Origin: Octopus vulgaris
Lineage: Eukaryota
Length of the DNA stretch: 64,000 nt
Direction: 5' to 3'
Assembly: GCA_951406725.2 (NCBI GenBank)
Contig: OX597815.1
Location: 152,148,001-152,212,000 of the forward strand
The notes under the pieces were generated by a model. It saw nothing but the letters and a program-made list of their open reading frames with translations. It did not search any database and was not told the DNA's origin. Below are positions 14,579 to 27,356 of this stretch, one piece after another; positions within the stretch are counted from its first letter, which is position 1; each line of letters starts with the position of its first letter. The translations under genes were made by a program, and so were the position numbers.

Positions 14579-17500
14579 CTATTTATTTATCTATCTATCT
14601 ATCTATCTATTTATCAATCTATTTATTTATTTATCTATCTATCTATCTGTCTATCTATTTATCTATTTATCTGTCTGTCTGTCTGTCTGTCTATCAATCT
14701 ATTTATTTATCTCTCTATCTATCTATCTATCTATCTCTCTATCTACCTATCTATCTCTCTATCTCTACCTATCTATCTCTCTATCTACCTATCTATTTAT
14801 CTATCTATAGATAAACAAGCACGAATACACATATTCACATGCATATATATGTGTTTACACAAATTATAGCCATCACTCACAAGAGGGCTACAATTTAGAA
14901 GCATGTATCAAGTAGATGCCCTTTGTTTCAGATGTCTCTGTCATTGTGAACAGACATTGGCACTCTATCGCATTTCCCCCCATTATCCAAAGGAACATCT
15001 AGATGTGACAGCCGGCGGGAGAGTTGGCTGTCGCCGTACAAAGCTGGTAATTACCTTAATCTGAGTCAACTGGAATAATGTAAAATGATATGTCCTGTTG
15101 AAGGGCACAACAAGCTGCCCCATCTGGGGATAGATCCTACAATCTATGATTGTCCAACTAATACTAGAACAGCTAGACTGCATGCTCTCACTCTCAGTCA
15201 CTCATTCACTCACGCACTCACTCACCCACTCACGCACTCACTCACTCACTCATTCACCCGCTTATTCATTCATCCACCCACTCACTTACCCACTCAATTA
15301 CTCACTCATTTATTCACTCACTGACTTATTCACCTACTCATTCACTCAGTCACCCATTCTTTCATTCACTCACTCACACATTCACTCACTCACTCATTCA
15401 TTCACTCACTTACTCACTCATTTATTCATTTGCGCACTCACTCACACATTCATTCATTCACCCACTCATTCATTTACTCACTCACTCATTCACTCTCACA
15501 CTCATTCATTCACTCACTCACTCATTTACTCACTCATTCACCTGTTCACTCACTCACTCATTCACTTGCTCACTTATTCACACACTCACTCACCCACTCA
15601 TTAATTCACTCACTGATTCACCCACTCACTCAGTCACCACTCATTCATTCACTCACTCAGCCACACATTCATTAACGCACTCATTCACCCATACACTCAC
15701 TCACTCACCCACTCATTCATTCATTCACTCACTCACCCACCCACTCAGTCACTCACACGCTCATTCATTCACCTACTCACTCATTCACTCACTCATTCAT
15801 TCACTCACTCATTCACCCACTCATTCATTCACTCACTCACTCAGTCAGCAACTCATTCCTTCACTCATTCACTGATTCACCCACTAACTCAGTCACACAC
15901 TCATTCACTCACTCACCCACTCATTCATTCACTCATTCCCTCAATCACTCACTCACCCACTCATTCAATCCTTCACCCATTCACTCACCCACTCATTCAT
16001 TCACCCACTCACTCACTCACTCACCCACTCATTCATTCATCCACTCACTCACCCACTCACTTACTCACACACCCACTCATTCACTCACTCACTCATTCAC
16101 TCACACACACACACACTCACACTCATTCACTCACTCACTCAATCACTCACACACACACACACTAACTCACTCACTCACCCATTTTGTAAGTAAAACAAAA
16201 ACGTACACATTTTTTATAGATATGTCATATGTCAAGAATATGGATTGTGGCATGTTTTATAACATCTTCAGGTGTGTTTCAGTGACTTTTAAATAAATAT
16301 TAGCAAAATTTATTTTTACTTTTACAAAAGATGTGTATAAATGGAAACGCTTGTGCTTACCCACAATATTCAACTTTGAATACACCTGTCATGCTTAAAA
16401 ACTCATGTTCCAGCTGCAATAGATGGATAAATATAACTGTTATTAAATACATGTAACTCCAGCCAATTGTGACAAGAGTCGTATATTAGTTTGTTCACTA
16501 ACACACACACATAAAAACATACACACTCACACAAAGAGAGACTCACACACTCGTGTATATACACACATATATATATTTATGTATATACATACATCATGCA
16601 TATATGCATACATATTTTACATATATGTTTTTAGCAATTTTTTGAAAGATTAATTTGACAGTTACTCATCGACCGCCGAATGAAACTGCGCTTGCGCGGT
16701 GAATTTGAAGAATTATAATGTATAACGAAGAGACACATGTTAAGCGTCTCTTAATTATGTTAGTGTTATGGCGTGGTCACTGATGAAAAATTTGCCTAGC
16801 AAATTATTTGTCAGTTTTGGCAAGGTTTTTACAGCTGGATGCCCTTCCCAACACCAACCACATTACAGTGTGGACCGGGTACTTTTAAGTGGCACCTACA
16901 CTGACAGGGTCACCAAGTACTTGCCAGGCAAAAACTTTTAAGAGGGGAGGAGGCATTGGAGGAGGTGGTGAGGAAAGAAAATACACAGTTGCCCATAACT
17001 GTTTCAACCGAGGAAGGTTTATGTAATAGATGTATTTCCCATTTCATACTACCCAAACCTGAAACGTAAGTATTAAATGATTTCAAAATATCATTATTCG
17101 GTTTGATTTCATTGTTATGTGTGTGTGTGTGTGTGCGCGCGCGCACACATGTATTAGTTGTAATAGATATGCATTAATTGTAATAAACCTAAGAAAGTGT
17201 ACACATTGTACATTTAGGTGTAATAAGAGCCTGTCTGGGTTTGACAGAGAAAAATTAGGAGCTCTCTTTTAACATAAAACCTTCGATTAAAAACAAAATG
17301 GATTCAGAACAGTGTTTTTTATTAGTCAACACAAATCTCGGATCCAGTGAGTATTTGAGTTTCACCTTGAAAGTAAATGGCGATGGTTGTCATTCACTTT
17401 GTGCAGTCCACTGTATGCTTAAGTCTAAATGTATTCATATGTTTGAACAAATTGTATATATATATATATATACGCTCTCTGTATGTCACTATATACATAC

Positions 17501-18092
17501 AAATGTGTGAATGTATGTACAGCTAAGTAAAGTAAATACACATACATACCTATTCATTTCTACTCTAGGCACAAGGCCCAAAATTTTGTGGTAGGGGGAC
17601 AGTCAATTAGATCGATCCCAGTACACAACTGGTACTTAATTTATCGACCCCAAAGGGATGAAAGGCTAAGTCTTTTCTTTGCAGTATTACACCGTTGCAT
17701 GTATTTTCTTTGTGGTAGCACACCTGTTTGTGTCTTCATCCCTGATATTTCTCTCTCTGGCCAGGTAAACTCATACTTCCTCTTCAGCAAGACACTTGTA
17801 TCTGTCTCACTATAGCCTTTTCCTCATCACCTCCTCCCCTCTTAAAAGTTTTTGCCTACAGGTACTTGGTTACTCTGTCAGTGTAGGTTCCACTTAAAAA
17901 CACCTAGTCCACACTGTAATGTGGTTGGTGTTAGGAAGGGCATCCAGCTGTAAAAATCCTGCCAAAACAGTCACAGAAGCACAGAAGTCCGGTGCAGGCT
18001 TCAGCCTAGCCAGCTCTTGTGGTACCATCCTACCCATGCTAGCATAGAACACAGACGTTAAATGATGCTGATGATGATGATATGTATGTATG

Positions 18093-18126
<34 letters not shown>

Positions 18127-18240
18127 GGAGTAAACACATAAATGTGAAACAAGGTGGAAAAAAAGAGTACTGTCCGACGAACGGGAACGTGAAACTCAGA
18201 GTACCAGGTTTTGTTGAATTTTCTGCTGCTTTAAAGTAAA

Positions 18241-18281
<41 letters not shown>

Positions 18282-20030
18282 CTAATCTTCAGCGGAATTT
18301 GAACTCAGAACGTGAAGGCAGACGAAATACAACTAAGCATTTTGTCCGGTGTGCTAACGATTCTGCTAGCTCACCACCTTACATACCTATTAATTCACAA
18401 CTATGCTAAAGCACACACAGAGGTACACATGTAAAATTTCGTATAAAACGTCAATTTGTGTTTGAGTATGGCCATTTGCAAAGTTGTAAATTTCTTGTAT
18501 GTTACTGTGGAAGCCTACAAAGAAAGAACAACCGCAGGGTTGTTGCGCAGTTCTTGAATTAGGCAAGTTTTGTTAAGTTGATCCTTTCTACATACGTTTT
18601 GATTAAGCGGTGAACAGTACTGCCCCCTGGAAAAGGCTGCTCAGTCAATTGAGGTGCTGATGATTTTTTTGGATTGACATAATTGTGGAAACAAGCAACC
18701 AATATGCTAAGCTACCTACATGCAAGTTTGAAATTCTATACTTCCAGCTGGTAAAGATGTTTTCTTTTCTGCTATTCTTCACTGCCACAGAATGTTGTCT
18801 ATCCATATTGTTTTTCCAAGAAGTTCCTTAGCATAAAATTGACATGCAAAGACTGCTACCACTTTTCAGATAAAACTACTTTCCTCCAGACGGCCTAAGA
18901 TTCACACACACACACAAGCATCCAATATGGCGCCTAGAAAAAGACTGAGTGTTTTCTTTGGATAATTTCTAAGATATACTAGATGGTGTATCAAGGACAT
19001 ATTCTTTGGAAGATAGAGTGGATAGTCATGAAAAAACATTTTTACCAGTTCCTTAAACATATTATTAAGATAGTTTAATAATTGCAGTTGTTCTGGCTTT
19101 GTTTTATAGAGCATTTTGATTTTAAATTTTGGTACAAGGCCAGTAATTTGGGAGGGAGATGAAGGCAAAGTGATTACATCAACCCCAGTTCTAAACTGGT
19201 ATTTGTGAACTGTTTTATAGAACATATTACGAGTTATTATTGAGAGTTTAAAAAATAATCACTAAGAAAATGAACAACTTTCAAGTGAATTTCAACTGCT
19301 TTGAAAACCCTAAGTCTTGGAAGAAATAACAGATATTTTGTATGAGATCAATTAACCCATTTTAACCCAGGTTAACCCTGTCGGAATTTTGAAGATAGTT
19401 ATATAAATAGGGATAGCAAACATACAGAAGTGTCTAGTTAACCTCTATTGCAGTAAATAAACCAAATACAATGGTTAAATAAATACAACAAGCACTATTT
19501 TGTGTCCAGTTAACCTTTATTGCAGTTAATAAACCAAATACAACTGTTCTCAAATGAGAACGGTGGGCTAATATGGGTTAAAATAGTATAATAGCAAGTC
19601 CATCAACTATATATATCCCTCCAAAAAGGTGTGGAAATTTGGTCTTTAGAGCATTTAAAATACATATGCCAACTTACATTATTTACATTTGACAGATATT
19701 TGTCCTCATCTTGTTTGATGTTAACACAACGTTTCGGCTGATATACCCTCCAGCCTTCATCAGCTGTCTTGGGGAAATTTTAAACCTGGGTTCTCATTCT
19801 GAAGGTATTTTTCAATGTTGTTGTTGTTGTTGTTGTTGTTGTTATTATTATTATAATTCAGGCCACTGCCTAGATTCGAACTTGGAATCTTGGGGTTAGT
19901 AGCCCGTGCTCTCAACCACTATGGCATATGCTCCTATTGAAGAGATAGCGGTAATCCCATGGCATATGGCATAGCAGTTAAGAGCGCAGGTTACTAACCC
20001 CAAGATTCCGAGTTCGATTCCAGGCAGTGA

Positions 20031-20098
<68 letters not shown>

Positions 20099-23000
20099 GG
20101 CCCACACTGAATAACAACATGGATTTACTAAACCGGGCTCTCCATTCAAAAACAAATCTAATCCAATAACATCGATGGAATTAGATAAAGGAACCTGAGG
20201 AAAACTTGAAGGAAGCGGCCTTTTAACGATGACACTAAGAAAAAAACGAAATTTTACTGCCATACAAAGTACAGTTTCTCCTACGTACGGTGTCTCAATG
20301 AAACCTGTGTGAAACACACGTGCGATATCAATATCGGAAAGTTTACATAGAATAAAATAGAAACGGACCAAAATAAAAAAATAGTGAGTACATAAATTGA
20401 ATAATTACACATACACTCAAATGTCTACACAATCATATATACATTTTGATACCCATAGGACTACACATACATCCCAAAGTTGAACACACTAAGTGAAATT
20501 TACAGGGTACACACTCACGCACATGAAAACACGTGTCACAAACCAAGCAAAAACAAAATCAAAACTTTCTTTGTTTTTCTTCTTATTTTATTCTCATATT
20601 TTCGAACTACCACAGAGAGAGTGAACCTTTCATAAGGGTAAAAAACACCACAAAAAAAAAACTATGTCCGGAGTAAATCTATCAACAACAAAAAAATTAC
20701 AGACGAATACAGATCTGCTAGCCTTAAGAAACTACGCTACGAACAATGTTTACATGCAGAGGCGGCGTCGTCGCAAAACCTTAACCCTAAACTGACAGAT
20801 CCGACAGCTAATGTAAGAGCTGAAGCTCGTCATGCCTCAATGTCAACAAAACAAATTACAAACAGCAATGGTCATCGATCGGATTACAAAAGACCACAAA
20901 CCTGAATATTGAACCAAATTCTGATTGAAAGATCAGCTACTGGTGCAACTCTTTCCAACGCACAGGAGCTGGATGCACCCCACAACCGGAATATTCCAAC
21001 AGATGGCCATCCATGCCCGTCATCAAATAACCAAAAGAAAAAGAATGAAAAATGGTCTAGGGAAGATAATAAGGAAGTTCTTACGGCCTTCTACCATGCC
21101 ATATATTTCCCCACAGATAAATCTAATACTGTACAAACCTACTTAAACTGGAGACAGAAACACCCTGAAGTAAGACCCTACATAGACAATAACAAACTTG
21201 CCAACATCAGAAGAAACATTATAAAAAAAAAATGACTGACTGAAGTAGAGATTGATCAAATAAAGCAAGTAGTAACGGATAAAAAGAACGAAGCTGCAGC
21301 TAAAGAATATAATACAGAGGATACAATTATAGATCAGCCCAGGGCTGATGAAAATGCAGTAAGGATTGAAAGAGTTAGTATAATTGATAGGCAAAGTGAA
21401 ATAAACACTAAGACAGATGAACATCAAATAGAAGAAGAAAGTCACACAAATTTTGACCCAACAGAACTACATAAACTGAGGAATCAAATCATGATTGAAT
21501 GGCTGAAAATTAAAGAAACCAGTATGGATGAACGCAATACACTCCCAAAAATCCGCAACTCTAACCAAAACATGAAAATAATTGGTAAAAATCTGTCTTG
21601 CACTTAAGGATATAATTTCAGCTAATGATGTTAATATCACTGATCTCAACCACCTGTACTATGCATCCGCGAAAATCTCAATGATTCTACGCAGTGAAAA
21701 GATTAGAAAACAGCAACATTCCCACAAAAAGCCTTCTTGGCAAGAGCATATCCAACATCAAATTAAACTACTTAGGTCTGACATAGAATGTTTGAAAAAC
21801 CTTAAGGTTGACAAAACTGCCAAACCTAAAAAAACCCAAAATTAAAGAAAAAAATATAATATGAAAACTATACTTGATATTGATGCCACCATAGAAACCA
21901 TCAAGCAAAAGGTATCAGCTAAAGCTGCCCGCATAGTGAGGTATGAAAAGCGTGTTAGATTATTCAAGGACAACAACATATTCAAAAATAACCCCAAAAA
22001 TTTTTACAGGAAGATAGGGAAAACACCAGTTACTGTAAATTCTTTACCATCAAAAGAAGAAGTGCAGGGTTTTTGAAATAAAATTTGGGCAGAAGAAAAA
22101 ACACACAACGAAAAGGCCCCTTGGATTGATAGAATAGCTACGGACTTGTACTCCTTAGAGGAGCAAAAGTGGGAGGGTGTCAAGGTAGAAGATGTAAGAT
22201 CTGCTCTGAGGAGGTCAAGCAAATGGAAGCCTCCAGGAAAGGATAAAATTCCTAACTTCTGGTTGAATGCCTTCCCAGAGAGCCATGAACTGCTAACAGA
22301 ACTTTACAATGATGCTTTGCAACACCATAGTAGGATGCCTGCTTGGCTAGTTAATGGTTTAACATTCCTGCTCCCAAAAAGTGAAGAAACAAATGAACCA
22401 AAAAACTATAAACCCATAACCTGCTTGACAACTATGTATAAAATGCTAACACCTATCCTGACGGAATATATCTATAGTTTTTTTAATAGACAGCAGCATA
22501 TTCCCTAATGATGTAAACGTAGATCCTATGGTTGTAAAGATAAGCTACTCATCAATAAGATGATCTTAGAAGATTGTCACAAATGACACAAAAATTTATC
22601 AATAGCCTGGATAGACTATAAAAAGGCTTTTGATAGCCTACCACATAGCTGGATTAAGAAATGCCTGGAAATATATAAAATAGCGCCTACTCTGCGAAAC
22701 TTCTTGTCAGTAAGTATGAGATCATGGAGAACCACACTAACTTTGAACAGTGACGATGAATCTCTAAATGCTGGTGATGTAAAAATTTCATGTGGCATTT
22801 TCCAGGGTGACTCACTATCACCACTCCTCTTTTGTTTAGCCTTAATACCGCTCTCAAAATTGCCCGATAACACACAGTACGGATATAAATGTTGGATAAA
22901 AATATAAATCATCTCATTTATATGGATGATTTAAAGCTCTTTGTAAAAAATGACCAACAACTCAAGGGCTTACTAACGATTGTTAAACAATTCAGTGATG

Positions 23001-23460
23001 ACATCAGAATGCAATTTGGCCTCGATAAATGTACAAAAGCTACCTTTATCAAAGGAAAAATGACAGAAACATCTAACGTTTACCTCGACCAGCAGAATGT
23101 CATCAAAGAGTTAGACCCAGCGGAGAGCTACAAGTACCTAGGGTAATTGAAGGGGACGGAATAAGGCATTCAGTGATGAAGGAAAGGATCAGGAGAGAAT
23201 GTTATTGCAGAGTAAGAGCAATACTCAAGACAGAGCTGAATGCGAGAAACAGGATCGAAGCGATTAATGCTTTAGCCATACCAGTGATGACTTACAGTTT
23301 CAATATCGTTAACTGGTCAATTACTGAAATATGTAATCTTGACAGAAAAATACGAAAACTGTTGACAATGCATAAAATGCACCACCCTAAGGCAGATATA
23401 GAACGACTTTACCTGCCAAGAAAAGTGGGAGGCCATGGACTTTTACAACTGGCAAACATA

Positions 23461-23518
<58 letters not shown>

Positions 23519-26217
23519 TGCTCATGTGAACTGCTCATATCCTACGCAAAATACTTTCTATGTAATCTCAAGTTTTAAAACAAACAATTTTCTTATGGTT
23601 TCTTAAACATTCTCTAGAACAACAGTATGTACAAAACCAAATATATGGCACCCTAGGCATAACACCAACATGAACTTCCAACTTGTTGTCTCTTGAGGTC
23701 TCTGGGTGAGACTTGGAGCCAGCTTGTACAAATGTAAAGCAAAATTCAAACATAAAATAATAACAACAATAACAACAACATCGAAAAATAATTAGGAATG
23801 AGATCCCAGGTTCGAGATTTCCCCAAGGCATCTCATGATGGTTGGAAGGTATATCAGTCGAAACGTTATTAACAACAAACAAGATGAAGACAAATATCCA
23901 TCAAATGTAAATAATGTACATAATTCCTCATCTCTTAAGCATAGAACTGTACATATGCGAACATGGTCTCTCGTCCATTCTGAGTACTTTTATTCCATAC
24001 TGACATAAAAATGCACATTAGGTCACTGTTCCGAATATAAAGTTTTAAAATAATTTCCATTGTGAAATGATTCAATGTTTGTATATTTCATAGAAAAGTA
24101 ATATTTTGAAAAGCCAATCAAATGAAACTTCAAATTTACAGATATCTTTTACCAAACAAACAAACAAAATAACACACACTACTTAAGGTATTGAGTCCTT
24201 TGTTGAGTTGTGTTTTGCACTTTTCTTGTAACATTTTTTTTTATAATACATACACATGAACTATTATAAATATAGGTGTAGGTATAGCTGTATTGTTAAA
24301 ATGTGCGTTTCAAAACACCATGGTTACGAGTACAGTCTTACTGCCCAGCACCATGGGCAAGAGTCTTTAACAATAGGCCTGAGTGCATTGTCAATAAATT
24401 TAATGGACAAAAACTTTGCAAACATACGTACGCATATATATGTGCGTGTGCGTGTGTACGGAAATGTCAAACGATGAAAATGAGTGCTCAAAACCACATT
24501 GGTGGATATAATTTCTTTATTTGTGAATTATGGCTACCATTGGTTTCATGTTTAAAAAAGGGTGGAAAATATCCTAGTGTCTTAATTTTTCAAACTGGTC
24601 ATATGGAGAAAGGTGTTCACCTCCATTTTGGAAAACAGTGTTGTATGTGTATGTATATATATGTGTAAATGTATGCATGTATATGTTAGTGTGAATATCT
24701 GTTTGTGTTTGTCTCTTTTTGTATCATGTGTTTATGGTGTTTGCTTACGTTCTTGTAACTTAGCAGTTCAGTAGGTAAGAGAGCCAATAAAACAAGCACC
24801 AGCCTTTGAAAATAATAGAGGTAATTTTATCGACTGAATTCCATTAAAGCAATGCCCAACTATGGCTGTAGTCTAATGATTGAAACCAGTAAAAGAGTAA
24901 AAGTTTATACAGAAGGAGAAGATAAAAGTAAGAAGTGAAACAGTTACTCACAGATCTGGATATGTTTTCATTTAACGGTCGGTTCTGGCTCCCAGAAGTC
25001 ATTGTGTAAATCAGATGGAATTCCAAAATATTGTGCCACCCTATGGAAGAATATAAAAAACAGAAGAGAATCAATGAGATATAAATGAGATCCATTGAAG
25101 ATATAAATATAAAGTAATTGCTGCAAAATACATTTAAGATTTATAAGTTACTATTGAGTCTTACTTCTGAATAAGCAATGCAACATTCTCACTTTTAAGT
25201 TTATTGCCGTGCAATTTCTATAGAATTCCAAGCCAGCACTGCAAGTTACGACGTTTAGTATACAAATACATTTTTGTAAACAATGCGATCGAAGATAAAG
25301 AAAATAAGTATTGGGTGTACATACATATTTCCAGGGTTATTGCTCTTTCATCAGCACCACTTCCCACCCTTTAACTATCCACAAATGCATTGCTAAAATA
25401 CCCAATAAACCTGGAGGTGTAAGACTATTGGATAGACCAATTTACTTATCTGACACATCCCTGGTGACTCGTATGTACACATTAATCATTAGCAAGGACA
25501 CAATGTTTTGTTCTGCAGCTATAATATACTACCAGATCTAAACATAAATATATCTATAATAACAGTATCATCATCATTTTAACATCCACTTTCCATGCTA
25601 GCATGGGTTGGTCGGTTTTACTGAGGACTGGCAAACCAGATGGCTGCACCAGGCTCCAATCTGATCTGGCAGAGTTTCTACAGCTGGATACCCTTCCTAA
25701 CACCAACCACTCCGAGAGTGCAGTGGGTGCTTTAACGTGCCACAGGCACGAGGACCAGTCAGGCGGTACTGGCAACAGCCAAGCTCAAATGGTGTATTTT
25801 ATGTGCCACCTGCACAGGATCCAGTCCAGCAGCACAGGCAACGGCCTCACTCGAATGGTTTTTCACGTGCCACCGGCACAAGTGTCAGTAAGGCAACGCT
25901 GGTAAGGATCACGCTTCAATGGTGCACAGAAGCCAGTCAGCTGCTCTGGCAGCAATTACGCTCGGTTGGTGCTCTTAGCGCTCCGCTAGCACGGATAACA
26001 GTTTGGTGAGTAATGCAGAGAGAAAGGAAGCTGTCAACAGATCCAGTACACATAAAACTGACAAGTGCTTGAGCACCATACAATTCAATTTTTCTGTCAA
26101 CCATAGGAGAGAGAGAAAGAGTACAGAACTGTTAAAATCGGTTGGACGGTGTGGGAGGAGTTAGAGTAACCCCAAACACACACAGAGACAGACACCATTA
26201 CGTACACACACACATAC

Positions 26218-26248
<31 letters not shown>

Positions 26249-27321
26249 TATACTAGCATTAAAGACCCATCGTTGCCAGGTCATAGTGCTAGTGCATGTA
26301 TATATGTGTATATATATATGTATACATATTACATGTACATCTATATATATACATCTACACATAAAATGCAAAATCAAAGTTATATCTTGTATCGCTAGTT
26401 ATAACAATACTCAAAATATATAACAAACTGGAATTTTTAGCCCGTCTCTTGCAATTTCGATCAATTGTATCTTGTCCTCCCTTTTGTATAGAAGTGTGGC
26501 TACCATCCAGCTTACCTCTACTTCTGGGGGGGGGGGGGGGCATTAAAAATTTTTTGGTGAGACATCCTACGTCCCAGATATAAAGGTAAAAATAAAATAT
26601 TTCCACTTTGCAAGTTCGAGTCGAGTACTCCCTTGCATGCTCCGTTGACTCGAACCTTGCTTTTATTGTGGTGAATTTACCGCCTCTGATGAGATATTTT
26701 TCATAGTCGCACCAAGACACTTTCCGTAGGTGCTTTCCTCCATGTGTTCAAATCTTTTTTCTTTACATTGTATACTTTATAGACAGTAATCTTTTCTTTA
26801 ATTTAATTTTTTATTATCGATCTGGACTATTCCATTTCTGCACGCTAATTTTATTTTTAATTTATTCCCATTCATGTGAAACCACTTATTCAAGTTCAAA
26901 TCATTGATGCAATTTTATACCAATTGCTATTTTTACCTTTGTTATGTAACGATTATATTATACTTTAGTTTGATTTTAATTATTACTTACTACATATAAT
27001 TCAATTGTTATTATTATTTTTATTGTTAAAGTGAAAGCATCTGACATAAAATAGAGAAATATTTTTGTTTCACTTTTAACACGTAATACTGAAATAGTGG
27101 AGAAGATATGATATTGCTATGGGCTCGCTCTAGGCAAGAAGTTGAACATTTTTTTGCCCATGAAACTACATGGACCCTAAGTAAGGCATGTGTAAAATTT
27201 GAATGAAATTGGTTGTGTAGTTCTCAAGTTTTAGGGAAACACACAGACAGACAGACAGACACACATTCTCAGTTTTATATATATAAAGATATATATATAT
27301 ATATATGTATGTATATATATT

Positions 27322-27356
<35 letters not shown>

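Noticed and set aside
14345-15675. ORFs rich in YLSI or THSL repeats
   Set aside because: Translations of (TCTA)n and (ACTC)n microsatellites.
18400-19110. Unique-looking sequence with a good minus-strand acceptor near 18515
   Set aside because: No frame fits between the phase-matched exons at 24952 and 16413, and no recognisable motif is present.
19962-20034. Possible tRNA gene
   Set aside because: Acceptor and anticodon stems do not pair well and there is no poly-T terminator; it is a SINE-like head.
25311-25541. 76-aa plus-strand ORF, or a possible minus-strand exon
   Set aside because: Minus-strand frames contain stops and the flanking exons already join in phase.
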